Source: Chrysemys picta bellii (Eukaryota). Taken from it: DNA of 64,000 nucleotides. Numbering within the stretch: position 1 is the first letter of the stretch; the number at the start of each line of letters is the position of its first letter. Where the stretch lies: assembly GCF_011386835.1 (NCBI RefSeq), contig NC_088815.1:13516001-13580000 (forward strand), in the 5' to 3' direction. The position numbers and the translations under genes were made by a program. Positions 43,801 to 55,860 of the stretch are shown here, in pieces. The notes under the pieces were generated by a model. That model made no database searches, was not told where the DNA came from, and saw only the letters and a program-made list of their open reading frames with translations.

Positions 43801-45868
43801 GTTGGTGCCCATGGTGCCGCCAGAGTTCCCATGTGCCAGGTGGGAGCTGCTCTGGCTCCGGGGGAGTGCACCACGGAGACTGGGCTGGCCCTGGCCCTTC
43901 GGGGCTGAGTTGGAGCACGTGAGCCTGGCAGTGAGGGGGGCCTCGGCCAGCTGTTGCCTGGGCGGTCTGGATCCTGGGAGATCCTGCAGCACGTAGGAAC
44001 TGAAAGGCTGCTGAGTCCGAGTCCCATGTGACTCGGTCCCCAGATGTGTGGATTCCAGAAGAGCCTCTTGGTGTATTGCAGATCCAGCCTCCTAGGCCAG
44101 GGAGCCAGTGACCCTCCCGGGCGCAGCCAGATGCAGTGACCGTCCCTAATAGCAAAGGGAGCGAGAGGCTGGATTTAAAATAGTTAAAGCTCCAGTAAAG
44201 AGACAAGGCCGGGAGTGCCCCAGCAGCTGAGCAGGTGTACGAGAGGGAACCTGGGATCCTGGATCAAAGGTGTCCAGTGACTGGCCATTGTTGGGTGTCC
44301 CAACGGGAGATGCCTGGGTGGGCACTCAGTACTGGGCACAAACTGAGCCCTTCTGCAGTGTCTGAAATCAAGGCTCCCCAAAATCACCGATCCTACTCCA
44401 GTAGTGGGGCCCTTGTGTACCAGGCCGCCTGGCGTTCCCTGCTGGAGCCCCGGCCCTGCCCCCTGTGTCTAAAAGGCCCCCCCGTCTTGCAATTTCAGGC
44501 TCCAAAGCCCTTTCTCCCCCAGAACCGCCGATCTACTTGGATCTGGCCTACATCCCCGGCTCCTGGAGCGCTAGGACGGTGGACGAGGAGTTCTTCCGGC
44601 GGATCCGCTCCCTCTGCTACGTCATCAGCGGAGACGACCATGTCAAAGAGGGCGTCATGCGACCCATCCTGGACGCGCTGCTGTCGGGCAAACATCACTG
44701 GGGGAGCGATGTCCAGGTGGGGCTCGGCGGGATGGCAGCAGGGGGCAGCATTGCGCACGCCCAGGCAGGCATGGGGGGGCCGCGTTGGGGTCTCAGGTAA
44801 CCGTATCCCTGCCCCCATGCTCCAACCCCGAGCCCTCCGCTGTGGTGGGGGATTTCTGCCTCCTGCCTGCAGCAGGACCCAGGAGTGGTGTGAATGCTGC
44901 TGGCCTCCTTCCCCGCAGTCCTGTGAGGAGAACCTGCTCCCCCTACTGGCCGGATCCAAGCAGTCCCCGGTGTGTATCGTTCGGGGCGTCCGGCTCAGCC
45001 GGGGGTGTTGCGGGGGGGAGGAGGGAATCGGCAGAGGCCACCAAGGAGCTGGACTCTGGCCTGGTCTGAACAGCGGAGTTATGCCGGCGTAGCTGTCGGC
45101 GAGGAGTGGGGGGCAATCGCCCCGTGCCAGAGCAGCTACCCTGACAACCCCACAGTGCAGAGGCCCTCGGGGGGGCAGCTGTGTCTGTCGGCTTGGTGGG
45201 GGCTGGCCGCGTAGCCGTGGCTTGGAGCAGGGGTGGCTGGGTTTTCCTGAGGCAGGAGGGGTCCTGACCTTTGAACTGGGAACTCTGTGACCTCATCTGG
45301 GGGATGGTCACTGGTGTGCCTCAGTGTCCCTGTTTGGCTCAAGTGGTGGCGGCTGGGGGCAGGGTGGCTCTGAGCTGGCACGTGGTGAGGCTGTGTCCGT
45401 ATTTCGAGGAAGGCAGAGCCTCCCCTCGCTCCGGCCTCCGTCTGCCCCACCAGCGTGTCTAACACAGCACCGCCCCCTCCCCAGTTGAGATCAGAGCCCC
45501 GTGGGCCGGGCGCTGCACAGACACACCGCAACGAGCTGGGATCTGGAATAGACAGGACAAAGGACGGGAGGGGAAACCGGCAGAGACATGACATGCCCTC
45601 AGCAGGGCAGTGGCAGAGCCTGGAAATAAAAGCCAGGCACCCTGGCTCCGTCAGGGCCAACCCCACTAGACCCTGCTGCCTCTGAGTGACTGTATCAAAT
45701 TGGTCTCCTTAGGTGACCCTGATCCCAACCTTTGATTCGCTGGTGATGCACGAATGGTACCAGGAAACCCATGAGCGCCAGCAGGAGCTGGGCATCACGG
45801 TGCTGGGCAGCAACAGTACAGTGGCCATGCAGGACGAGACCTTCCCAGCATGCAAAGTGGAGTTCTGA
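25540..45868 (+). CDS. MAP1S: Microtubule-associated protein 1S; join(25540..25693,32905..33006,38606..38688,39030..39170,40277..43640,44499..44716,45713..45868), 1405 aa
   Basis: Seven GT-AG exons with consistent phases, 4218 nt. MAP1 hallmarks: [79 protein letters not shown]-terminal [12 protein letters not shown]. The short exon-1 N-terminus (SLLVIVG...LERG) and adjacency to FCHO1 identify MAP1S rather than MAP1A or MAP1B. Confidence 0.96.
25847..26100. repeat. About 74-bp tandem repeat (3 copies plus a partial) in MAP1S intron 1
   Basis: TGCACCGGTGCATGCAGCTCCT(C/G)TGTCCGGGACATCTCCCCGCCCTTCCCCCC starts at 25847, 25958 and 26032. Confidence 0.92.
28485..28655 (-). mobile_element. CR1 ORF2 3' fragment (reverse)
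   Basis: gagtttttcctaatatcgaacctaaatctcc...ctttataacagccctt resembles the reverse complement of the CR1 ORF2 end. Confidence 0.65.
28800..29030 (+). mobile_element. CR1 LINE 3' end (ORF2 terminus and UTR)
   Basis: ctagataagttcatggaggatatgtccatcaatggctattagcc ([13 protein letters not shown]) followed by the CR1 tail. Confidence 0.85.
30320..30500 (+). mobile_element. Tortoise Pol III/SINE (tRNA-derived head, CR1-derived tail), full length
   Basis: A box TAGCTCAGTGG 30330-30340, B box GAGTTCAATCC 30373-30383, and tail ttggactagatgacctcctgaggtcccttccaacctgatattctatgat. Confidence 0.92.
32547..32567 (-). promoter_or_regulatory. RE1/NRSE-like element in MAP1S intron 1
   Basis: Minus strand TCCAGCAGCACGGACAGCGAA matches the consensus TTCAGCACCACGGACAGCGCC at 17 of 21 positions. 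Confidence 0.45.
32905..33006 (+). CDS. MAP1S: MAP1S exon 2
   Basis: [34 protein letters not shown], then donor GTAAGG. Confidence 0.96.
35604..35770 (+). mobile_element. LF-SINE-like ancient SINE
   Basis: tRNA-like head (gtagctc...ggttcaaa), then gcagtaactgaa...gctgctcagtggccttgtgacatggg, resembling the recalled LF-SINE body. Confidence 0.5.
38606..38688 (+). CDS. MAP1S: MAP1S exon 3
   Basis: [28 protein letters not shown], then donor GTGAGC. Confidence 0.95.
39030..39170 (+). CDS. MAP1S: MAP1S exon 4
   Basis: [47 protein letters not shown], then donor GTGTGT. Confidence 0.95.
40277..43640 (+). CDS. MAP1S: MAP1S exon 5 (large exon)
   Basis: Acceptor ctctctAG then [11 protein letters not shown]; open for 3364 nt (supplied ORF 40286-43678); donor GTAACT gives the phase needed for exon 6. 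Confidence 0.93.
44499..44716 (+). CDS. MAP1S: MAP1S exon 6
   Basis: [45 protein letters not shown]...KHHWGSDVQ, then donor GTGGGG. Confidence 0.94.
45713..45868 (+). CDS. MAP1S: MAP1S exon 7 (last coding exon)
   Basis: [51 protein letters not shown], then TGA. Confidence 0.96.
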   Translation: MTLIPTFDSLVMHEWYQETHERQQELGITVLGSNSTVAMQDETFPACKVEF

Positions 45869-48068
45869 AGGCAGCCCGCATTAACCCTTTCCAGCCAGAC
45901 TTGGAGGAAGTGCTTTGGACCTTGCAGAGGGGAGATTGCAACCTACAGGAAGCGGGGGGAAGGGCTTCCCCCTGCAGGACTTGCCGAGGCCCTGTTGGCC
46001 ACGGGTGATTGGGAAGAGGCGCTGTAAGATTGGAATGAGCTCTCCATGGCTGCTCCCTGCAGGAGGGGAGGAGTGGGAAGGAATCTCCCCTGGACTGGAA
46101 AGGGTTACACTGAGCACTCCTCTCCTGTCTTGTGCGCCACAGTCACTCACCGTCTGGTTATTGCATGCACACAGGCCCCAGCCTCGTGCTCTGCATCCCC
46201 ACAGGGGGTGGCGTGGGGGCTGGATCACAGATTGGCAGGGTCTGTAATCCCCATTGCTGGGCTGGGGGCCGAAGCCTGCTACAGGATAGCTGCTCCTCAC
46301 TGCCCTCCCCAGCCCAGCCACTACCCCCAGCCTCTGCGTAGGGACAAGCACAGCCCTTTTCTCTTTGCCCTAGTGATGGGAGCAGGGGACCACTCTGCCC
46401 TCCCTGATGTCAAGCAGGGACCTTACCTCGGTCAGGTAATGCAGCAAGGGCCACCTCGCTGCAGCATTGCCCTGGGGCTCCTACGGGCAGCCTGAGCTGG
46501 GGCTCCGATCGCTGGTGGCATCCAGTGGCTTCCTCTGGCTGACGGCACAAGTGAAACGAGTTTGCGAGTCATACACCCCAGTGATGCCACTGCCAGCTTG
46601 GCCATGTGCCAGGAAGGGGGGCTGCTATTCTGGGGGGTAGTGTGGGGGGGGCTGTATCCCAGTTTACTGCCCTTCCCCCAGCTGCTATTAGTTTTGGGGG
46701 GCACAAAAAGGAGTTTAAAGTCCCAACTGTCCTGTTGCTCCTGCAGAGATGCCAGATTCCCAGGTAGAGACAATCTCTGCCCCAGATTAAGGGAGGTTGG
46801 AGTGGGGGGTTTGGAAGCTGAAATTTGTGGGGGGGATGAGGGAGGCTGGACTGGGCTGAAGGCTTCCTGCATTCCACAGCAGTGGAGCCTGGAGTGGGTG
46901 CTCCCTGGGTGGGTTGCAGAACTGTGGGCCCCCCCCCCCACTAGAGCTTTCCCATGCCAGCCCAGCCTCCCTCGCCTGGTGGGGGTGGTTGGGCTGGCAA
47001 CCCCAGCCCTGCCCCACCCCATGTTGGACCTCAGAAGCACTAATGTTGCTGTAAATGTTTTAAAGCCAAATTTCATGAGCGGTTTGAAAGTTCATGTGAA
47101 GTGTGATCGCTGGGAGCAATGAGGGCTGGGGGGGAGGGGGGGAGTGTCTCCTGGGGAGGAGGGGAATTGTAGTTGTCTCATGACCCCCCCCCTCCCCTTT
47201 TCTCCAGTCCCTATGTCAAAACTGACTGGGAAGGGGGGCTCCCGACTTCCGCTAACCTCCCCCTTCTGCAAACCCTGCCGCTTCTGTCTCCCACGCCCTG
47301 CATCCCTGCTGCTGACCCCAGCCCTCTGCATAGGCCAAGCAGATCTCTTAGGGCACCGCTGGGCATGAAACCTGCTGGGGACCTGAATCCCCAGCCACGT
47401 TCCAGCTTCTCCACGGCTTTCGCCTCTTTCTTTTTCTCTAACTCATCTTGAAGAACAAGTTTGGGGAGAGAATGTGACACTAACCTGTTCTGTAAGTTTG
47501 CAACTTACCTTTTTTTGTAACTTTTTTTTTAATGAAGAAAAAAACCAAAACTGTTACACACAGAAGGTTCTTATTTATCTGATGGCCACTGTGAGGCACC
47601 AGTATGCCCACCAGGCGAGCTGCTGGGAAGGGAGGGCTCCCCAGCCCCCCCAGATTTCATCCCCTCTGTATCCAAGGCAGAAGGGTTTAATCCTGTTCTC
47701 AGTACTCGCCTGGCTGGGCTTGGAGGCCTTTTTACATTTGATTGTATTGTACTACGTGTCTAGGAGATGTTTGGGGGGTGGGTGGGGAAAGGGGAATTGA
47801 ATGTTTCACCTTTTAGTGCTTTATATATTTTCTTAGCTAGAAGATGTTTTTAAAGTGGGTGTGAGGGAGGGAGCTCAGAGCTTGACCCACCTCCTCATGG
47901 CTCAAAACCTGGGGGCGTGGGGCGTGGTAGCCACCTGTTTCTCCGTCCCCTTGTGCCTCTTCTCCCAGGCCAGGGCAGTGGGTGGGTTTGCTAGAGGTTT
48001 AGGCACCGACACACACGCCATGATGTTGCACACACGATGTGATGGTTTGGTAAATGTATTGAACAAGC

Positions 48069-48074
48069 ATTAAA
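48069..48074 (+). terminator. Candidate MAP1S poly(A) signal (ATTAAA)
   Basis: Variant hexamer at the end of an AT-rich, UTR-like stretch (about 47400-48070); other sites are not excluded. Confidence 0.35.
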
Positions 48075-50079
48075 GAGACACTAGCCCAACAAATTGCCGT
48101 GTGCTCTGTGGCTTCCTAGCAGGGCCGGGCGGCCTTGGTTCCAAATGCACCATAAGGGGGAGGCAGTGGGGTGTGCGGGGGTTCTTGGAGCAAGACCCAG
48201 GGGTGGCCAGTGAAAGTTCAGGGGCTGATCTGCCCAAGAACTCAAACTGGTGCAACAGCCCACAGCTGTTCACACAGGCTTTTGCACCAGTTTTCATTGA
48301 TGGAAATTCCTGCCTCAGGCTCTGGGGGTTCAGCTCTCACATCACCAAGCCCCCCTCCCTGGGCAAAGCCAGGGAAGTGCAGACATCAAGCTGGGGCCTT
48401 CAGGCCAGCCCCTGATGGAATTGGCCTGTGCTTCGCAGCCTCGGCAGAGGGGGACGCTGGATTGAATTAGCCTTGGCAACTGCCCTCTGATCTAACTATT
48501 CCAAGCCAGAAGATGAGGACCCCAGGTAGGGCCAGGGCCGGGTAAGCACTGCTACCAGCAGCCTGTACCATGCAGCTGCCAGAGATAGCTGTGGTCATTG
48601 GTGCTAGACTCACCCTGGGTACTTCTACAGTGAAAATGCAACAGCTGCACTGCTGTACCCCTCAGTGTATCTGCTCACTACAGGGGTTCTCCCGTCCCTG
48701 TAAACTAATCCACCGCCCCAAGGGGCAGGAGCTAGGCTGCTGGAAGGCTTCTTTCATCAGCGGAGCGCTGTCTACACCAAGGCATGGTTGTGGATTCCCC
48801 CCCCCCACGCCTTGAGGCTGCGTCTCCACCAGCGCTCGAGGTGTAACTCCCGGCTTGGTGGTGAGAGCACGCTAAACCCCGCAGTGTCATACTGCTGGGG
48901 GCCTGTGCTGGGAGGGGCCAGCCACCCCGTCTGTGCCTAGGGTTCAGCCGGTCGCACTGGGGGCTACCTCTGCCCAGCCGTTTGTGCTGCAGCGGCTCAG
49001 CTGTTTGCAGCAGGTTAGTGCTGATGGGGCTGAAACTTGCACCTCCTGCTCCCGGGGAGATGGATTTTAGCGGCTACACCCGGAGCTCCCTTTGGCAGGG
49101 CAGCCCCTCATGGTGGGGGAGGTAGCTGCTCACTGATCCTATGAGAAGAGTAGATCCTGGATGGGAGGGCTGGCGGGAGGAGCTGCCTGTATTCAGCGTT
49201 TCCCGCTGTCCCTCCTCCCTGGCATTACCAGTTTCTCCACTGCTAGGCAGGGCCGGGTTACAACCAGGCCGTGCAATTGCTGTGGCTCCAGGAGGAGGGG
49301 CTGCCTCTGCATCCCTTGCTGGAGGCTGGCTGGGCACTGCCCTGCACTGTCGGCGATCAGGGGCCAGGCGGGTGGGGGTCTTTGCTGCGACCCTTGTGGC
49401 CCAGCAGCAGCGTGATGCAGCTGCCGGAGCTGCAGCCAGACCCCTACTCCTCTTTCAGCTCAAGCAAACTCCGCTCACCTCCCCCCTGGGAGCTGCCCGT
49501 GGAGTGAATCTCCAGTAGCAAGGGGCATTGACTGACCGAGGGGCCAGGCCCACTGAGCTGCTCGTGCAGACAGGCCGTGACGGGCGGGAGGCCTAGCGCT
49601 CCCACGGACCTGCCCCAGCTGGGTGTTGGCCCGTTTCCCCCCCCCCCCCCCCCAATCCTAGTGTGGCTGCCAGGAGCCAAGCAGGGCTGTGCCGTCAAGC
49701 TGCCATCCCCACGTACTGTACACGGGGCTCTGCCTTGCATGCGCCATGAGGGCTGCCTGCTGCGGAGGTTGCCCCACGGCCCTGGTGCTGGGCAGGTTGG
49801 GGGGAGGGCACAGGCCCTTCCATGGGTTTGGGGTGGAGGGGGATGGAAATCACTGACTCGGGGTTGGTTTGGGGTTTTTTGTTTTTTAAAGCCGAGCGAA
49901 ATCAGGCCCTGGGAAGCATGAGGCCTGGGCCTGTGCCGGTGCGTTGCCATTGGCTACGTAGCCAGGGATGGGGTGAGGAGTTGCCATGGCAACCGGCTGG
50001 GAAACTTCTGAAGCTGAGATCCCTGCATTTGGGGGGGAAGGGGGGGGTGCCTGGCCTGCAGCTGTAACCACTTCCCTCC

Positions 50080-50202
50080 TAGGGTGACCAGATGTCCCAA
50101 TTTTATAGGGACAGTCCCGATTTTTGGGTCTTTTTCTTATATAGGCTCCTATTACCCCCCACCCCCGTCCCGATTTTTCACATTTGCTGTCTGGTCACCC
50201 TA
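50080..50202. mobile_element. hAT MITE, 123 bp, intact
   Basis: Perfect 13-bp TIRs TAGGGTGACCAGA and TCTGGTCACCCTA, with a perfect 8-bp TSD TTCCCTCC (50072-50079 and 50203-50210). Confidence 0.95.
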
Positions 50203-52568
50203 TTCCCTCCCCGGTGAGGGGGGCGCTTTAGGCCCAAGACAGAGCAGGGCATGCTCCCTGCAGACCTGTTCCTGCTTCCGTTGTGGGGGGGATTTCTGGG
50301 GTGGGGAGCGGGGCTGGGGGCAGGAGCAAGAGGGATGGGGAGTTGGCCTAGGGGGAGTGAGGGAGGAACGGAGTGTGATGTTCAGGGACTGGCACATTTA
50401 TAAGGTCTTGGGGGTATCTGTGCCTGCCTGGCCCTGCCATTCCTGCACCCCCGGCTACTGCTGCTGGGGCAAGAGGCAGCCACTCCACGGATGCTGAGGA
50501 GTCCCGCAGGGCCCTGGCTGTGCTCGGAAGTGGGAGTGCCCCATAGCGGCAGGGGCCGGGGGCTCAGAGCTGACTGGTTGGGCATTGCTCAGCCCCGTTA
50601 ACCCGGTCTGCTAGGCCACGCCAGCCCCTTCTCTCGTCCATCCACCCAGCTGCTGGTGGAGCAGAGAGGGGCTGCCGGACAGGCACTGTCCTAGCATGCT
50701 GGCTCTTGGCCCGGCTTCTCCTGTGTCCGTTCAGCTGGGGCAGGACCTGCAGCCAGCAAGGTGGGGGTGAAGCAGAGGGATGCCCAACCCTGCAGCCTTC
50801 ACCCAGCTCTATGGAAGGGGAGAAGGTTTGAATCCTGCCTTCGAGTGGGCCTGTCCCAGCCCTGCGCCTCCGAGCTCCTGCGCTCAGGCCCAGTTTCCGA
50901 AGCAGCCACGTTTCCGGTGCCCAACTTCAGAGCTGGTTCTGGGAGGGGCTGAGCCCCAGGCCCTGAGTGGGAGCTGGGGGTGCTCAGCTCTGCTGTGAAT
51001 CGGGTCCAAAGGTGGTGCTCCAGCTGTGGGTGTTTTAAGTGGCATGCAGCCCTGGGCACCTAGCTCCTACGCCTCTGCTCCAGCCCCTAGCACAAGGGAC
51101 GAGGTTGGGTCTGGGTTTTGCCCCCCTCCTAGCGAATCCTGAGCGTGGGGTCCATGGGGCTGTGCTGACCCCCTGTAAGCAAACTGCCTCTGTGCTGCGT
51201 AGAGACCAGCTGGCGTCCACCTGAGCTACAATTCAGTCTGGCTGCTCCTGAGGGGCTAGAAACCCCTCACCTGCACTAGCTGTGGTTGGCGGGCAGTTGG
51301 GGGATGAGTCGACCCCTCTGTGCTGCTCGCTGGAACCCAGGCTTGTCCAGAGCAGTCAGATAAGAGCCAGGCAGGCAGCTTCCCAGGCGCCAGAGTGCTC
51401 CCGCCATGGGCAGGGGCAGCCCGAGGCGCCTACAACTCTCACGGTGCATTGATAAGAGCAGGCCAGGATCTACAAAGCAATCCCCCAGCTGTTCCCACTG
51501 TCTGGCCCTGGGCTTCAGGCTGGGCCCTTTGCCCGCTGCAGCAGTGGGCAAGGCTGCTAATCCAGTCTTGGGGAGGCAGGCATGGGAACCATGCTTCCTT
51601 GGGAGGCCAGGGCTCCATGCCAGCTTCTGGCAGGGCGTGCTGTGAGACCTGGGCTTGGTACGTGTGTCCCCGAGATTCAGCAAGGCACCTCCCTGCCTTT
51701 ATCTCCAGCCACCTGCTGTTAGCGCCCCAGCCCTGGGCCGGAGATGGCCACTCCCCAGCGGGTTGGATTGGGTTACGCCTTGCACAGAGCAGCTCCCAGC
51801 TGAGCCCGGCTCAGTCTGGCCCAACCCACTGAGGCCAGGGGTAAGGGAGGGAGCAGCTTCCCAGCAGGTCAGTGGGTCCCCCCACAGCCCACTACGGTCT
51901 TGGGTCCCAGCTTGAATCCATGTGGTCCATCCCCAGCAGGACCATCCCTGGTCCAACCTTCCTCTCTGCAACTATTCTCTGTCCTTGCTGTCTCTCTTCT
52001 CCCCCACAGCCCTTCCTCGAACCCTCTCTCCACCGAGTGCTCCGGGAGGCAGGATTTTCACCCAGGATTCAGCTGGGAGGGAAGCGAAAAGCTGTCGGAT
52101 AGATGGGCGCCAGCTGAGCCGACCGGCCCAGTTTTAACCATCGGTTGGAATGACACCTCTTTAAACCCAGGGGCCTGCTTCACCACGGCCTGGTGCAGCC
52201 CTGAACGCCAGTGCAAAGTGGGAGTGAAATGCTTCCCTGCTGGCTGCGCGGGGCGGGAGATTCACTTCCTCATGGGACTGACAACATGAGGTGCTGGGAG
52301 CTGTGAAAATGGCCATGCTCCCCCCCCCCATGGATTCCCTGACTCCAGGGCTCAGCTGCTGCTCACAGCTGCACCCTGTAACCCTGCAGAGAGCAGAGAT
52401 GAACTCAGCGTCTTGGTGGCAGTTGCACCACCTGAGTGTTAAAGAAGGGGAGGCAGCAACATTTGGGTGAACTCTGACCTCCCTGTGACCCCTCCAAAAT
52501 CAACCAAGTCTTTACAAAGAAACCCCAGCTCCTTCCCCTTTACTCCTTAGCATTGGGATTGTGTGGAA

Positions 52569-52896
52569 CAGGGGTTCTCAAACTGCATTGCACCACAAGC
52601 CCCTTCTGACAACAGAAATTACTACACAGCCCCAGAAGTGGGGATGGGAGCCTGAGCCTGCCCGAGCCCTGATGCCCCAGGTGGGGGGCCCTGCTGCGCA
52701 GGACAGGGGGGCCCAAAGCCTAAGCCGCACTGCCCCACACGGGGGGGGGGGAGGGGGGCAAAGCCTGTAACCCTCGAGCTGTAGCGTCAGCCCTGGGTGC
52801 CGGGGCTCAGGCTTCAGCTTCGGCCCCAGGAAGTCTAACACCAGCTCTGGCGACCCCATTAACGTGGGGTCACGCACCACAGTTTGAGAACTGCTG
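52569..52896. mobile_element. hAT (Charlie-like) MITE
   Basis: TIRs CAGGGGTTCTCAAACT and AGTTTGAGAACTGCTG; decayed 8-bp TSD gtgtggaa/gtccggaa (6 of 8). Confidence 0.85.
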
Positions 52897-53134
52897 GTCC
52901 GGAATGTGCAAGAGAACCAGAACCAGCTTGCTTCTGTGGGTGAAAACGGGCTCACAATTTGGGAGGGAAAAGGGGTCCATTTAAAAGGGTTTTAAAATGA
53001 GCTGGGTTTTTTTCCTGCATCAGACTTTAAAAAAAAGAAATAAACCCCACGTACCTCAAAGTAGCAAAGAATCCAGCTTTGAGAGCTTGTTTGAAAGAAT
53101 GTTTTCCATAAGCCCACCCCATGGGTCAGCTCCT

Positions 53135-53674
53135 CAGTGTTATTGCCAGCTCTCACAATTTGTGCGATATTGGGTGATTTTCTTAAAGCCCCAGCTCCTG
53201 GAGTCAGGAGAATATAGGATTAACTCAGCTTTCATTAAGAAGGAAATTTGCCATGTTGTAGTAGACTTCTTGTTCCAGGATATGAAAGAGACAAGGAGGG
53301 TGAAGGAATATCTTTTATTGACTCACTTCTGTTGGTGAAAGAGAAGCTTTCAAGCTTGCACGGAGCTCTTCTTCAGGTCTGGGAGCTCTGTGGAGCTCGA
53401 AATCTTATCTCTTTCACCCACAGAAGTTGGTGCAATAAAAGATATTACCTCATCCACCTTGTCTCTCGCATTAAAAAATAAGGACGTTTCTAACCCTTCT
53501 GCTTGCAGAGAAAAACTTGCCCCTGAGTGTGGCCCTGAAGGCTCAGAAATCAGAAGGCAAAGAAGATGACTCCAATGGGTCATGTTTTGATAAACTCTCA
53601 TGATTTTAAAGTCACTGTCACAATTTTGGGGGTGTCTGACCCAGAGTTTTGCATGCTCAGGTCCGGCCATACAG
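53135..53674. mobile_element. Old hAT MITE interrupted by a Penelope-type insertion
   Basis: Left end cagtgttattgccagc and right end ggccatacag are decayed CAGTATTGCC-type TIRs; subterminal ctcatgatttt motifs. Confidence 0.55.
53286..53467. mobile_element. Penelope-like element inverted pseudo-LTR remnant (long hairpin)
   Basis: Arms of about 85 bp (53286-53368 and 53383-53467) are mostly reverse-complementary, e.g. atatcttttattg / caataaaagatat and gagacaagg / ccttgtctc. Confidence 0.8.
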
Positions 53675-55219
53675 AGCTCCACTGTGGAAGAAGATCGGTG
53701 CAGAAATGTCTTTCAGTGACTTGCCTAACAGGAAAACCTGACACAATCCAGCAACTCAAGGAGTCTGGCTGGGTTTAGTATCGCTGTTATTTGGGTTATA
53801 CAGCCTAGGAGCTCCAGTCACGGCCCAGAGCCCCCCTCTGCTAGACACTGCACAGACACAGAACAAAGCACCAGCCCCTGCCTCCAAAACCTTACACTGC
53901 AAATACTTAACATCAGGCCAGCTGGTGCCGCCTTCCTTTAGCTCTCCTCTGCTTCCCCTTTTGTGATGGGTTTTTTTTCTGGCTGGTTCCCTGTAGGGAA
54001 GTACCTACAACTCAGCCAGCAAGGAGTGGTTGTCCAGCGGTTAGCGCAGGAGCAAGGAGTCAGGTTTCCGACGGGCTAGTTCTGAGGTGTGGTGGAAGTG
54101 GAGCGGAGTGGTTAGAACAGGGAGCTGGGACTCAGGATCCGGGGTTCTAGTCCTGGCTCTGATGCTGTCTGGCTGCATGTTCTCAGGCGAGTCCCTGTCC
54201 TTGTGCTTCACTTTGTCCCTCTGTTCCCGGGGACAAGTCATGCCCCAAGCCTTGGTTAACGAATGTGTTTACGTGAAGCCCGTTGAGAGGCACCACTCAG
54301 TGCAGGAGAAATAGGAGGGTTGCCCAGCCGTTAGCAGGACACGGAGACTGATGGCACGTCAGGGCACATCTGGCAGTCTAGTGAGCGCATCCTCACCCCC
54401 CTGCCCCCCCAGCAGCTGCTGAACGGTCAGTGATGGGCTCCAGCCTGAAAACAAACCTGTCCTGGTGTCAGCCGGAGCAGGGCCATGAGCTCACTTCAGG
54501 CTGCAGCCGGAGGGATGGAACGTACCAGCCAGTGTGAGCGCTGGCAGTGCAGACAAAGGCCCGTCCAACCGGGGCCACCCTGATCCTGAATATCCTCGCA
54601 GGGCCTCTGGGCCTGGCAGCGTGGTGAAATGGGACATGATGGAGTCGGGGCATTAGACCCCAGTGCAGGCGTGTTACAACCAACGCTAGGGACGCTGGAT
54701 TCAGGCTGAGGAGCGTTCTAGGGTTAGGAGCCGTAGACGCAGTTTTAAGGGCATTGGCTTGTAGGGGCATTGGATCCAGCTGGGTTTAGGTATATTCGCT
54801 TCAGGGGCTTTAGAGCCAGATCTCAGTGGATTAGAGGCTTAGGGGCATTAGAGGCCGATCAGGGTGCATGATAGGTTTAGGGACATTAAATCCATGATTG
54901 CAGAACTGCTGCCCAAGGCACCTACTTCACGCTCCTCCCCTCCCCGGCAGGTGCCCAGATCCAGGTTTCAGGGTTTATTATTTATTCATTGTTTTTCCCT
55001 TGGGCCTGGCCCAGTGCCCGGCTCCTTTGGCCACTGGCAAAGGCCCCAGGTCCCTGCCCCCAGCCGCGCCCAGCAGAGGAGCAGCCCAGCTCCGGGGGGG
55101 CTGCAAGGGGGTGCCTCGGCGGCTCCCCCCCCGGCACCATACAAAGCAAGGGGGGGTGAGGGAAAAGGGGGCGCTGTCACTTTAAAGATGCAAATAGTCA
55201 GCCAAGAGCAACAGCCCCG

Positions 55220-55700
55220 CCGGCTGGGCCAATCAGGAGCCGCTCCTGTTTCCTTTTGTAACCACTACCTGCCCACCCGCCAATCCCGAAGGGGCCCCCG
55301 CGCGGGTCCCGCCCCCGCTCCAGCCCGGCCGGCGGCGGGGCGGGCAGGCGGCTGCAGCCCGAGCCGGGGCACTGGGTCCGGCTGCGCTCGGCGCCGGGGC
55401 TCGGAGAGGTGAGTGCGCCCTGCCCGGGGGCCGGGCTGCTGCTCGGGCCCCCCCTCGGGGCCCGGTCGGGGGTGGGGGTCCCCCCGGAGGTGCCCCCCGG
55501 AGGCCTCCCCTGGGATCCCGCCGCTCGTGACCTGCCCTCGCCATGGGGAGCTGCCGCTCCTCTGATCCCCCCCATATAGGGGGCCGCCCCTCCCTTGTAC
55601 GAGCCGACTGCGCCTCCCTCCCCGCGGCCGATCCCGCGTGGGGTCCCCCTCTGTGGGTCTGGCCGGGGCGTGCACGGGGGTGTCCTGCGGAGACCGGCTG
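55220..55700 (+). promoter_or_regulatory. FCHO1: FCHO1 CpG-island promoter and non-coding first exon (ends 55408)
   Basis: CpG island with two CCAAT boxes (about 55229 and 55280) and GC boxes GGCGGGGCGGG, followed by donor gag|GTGAGT at 55409; the next coding gene downstream is FCHO1. Confidence 0.7.
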
Positions 55701-55860
55701 CTCTGAGACCCCTGGCAGGGACTGGCCGCCCCCCGCAAACCTCTCAGTCTGGGGGGCAGGTGCCTGTCTGTCATGGGAAAGGGAGGAAAAAATGAATTCT
55801 GTGTGGGGCCACTTTCCCCTCCCTCCTCCGGCTGGTGTCAGTGGGTGTCCGCCCCACTGG

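Noticed and set aside
54716-54890. Interstitial telomere-like TTAGGG/TTAGAG words
   Set aside because: Scattered and not tandem; consistent with low-complexity or decayed repeat sequence.
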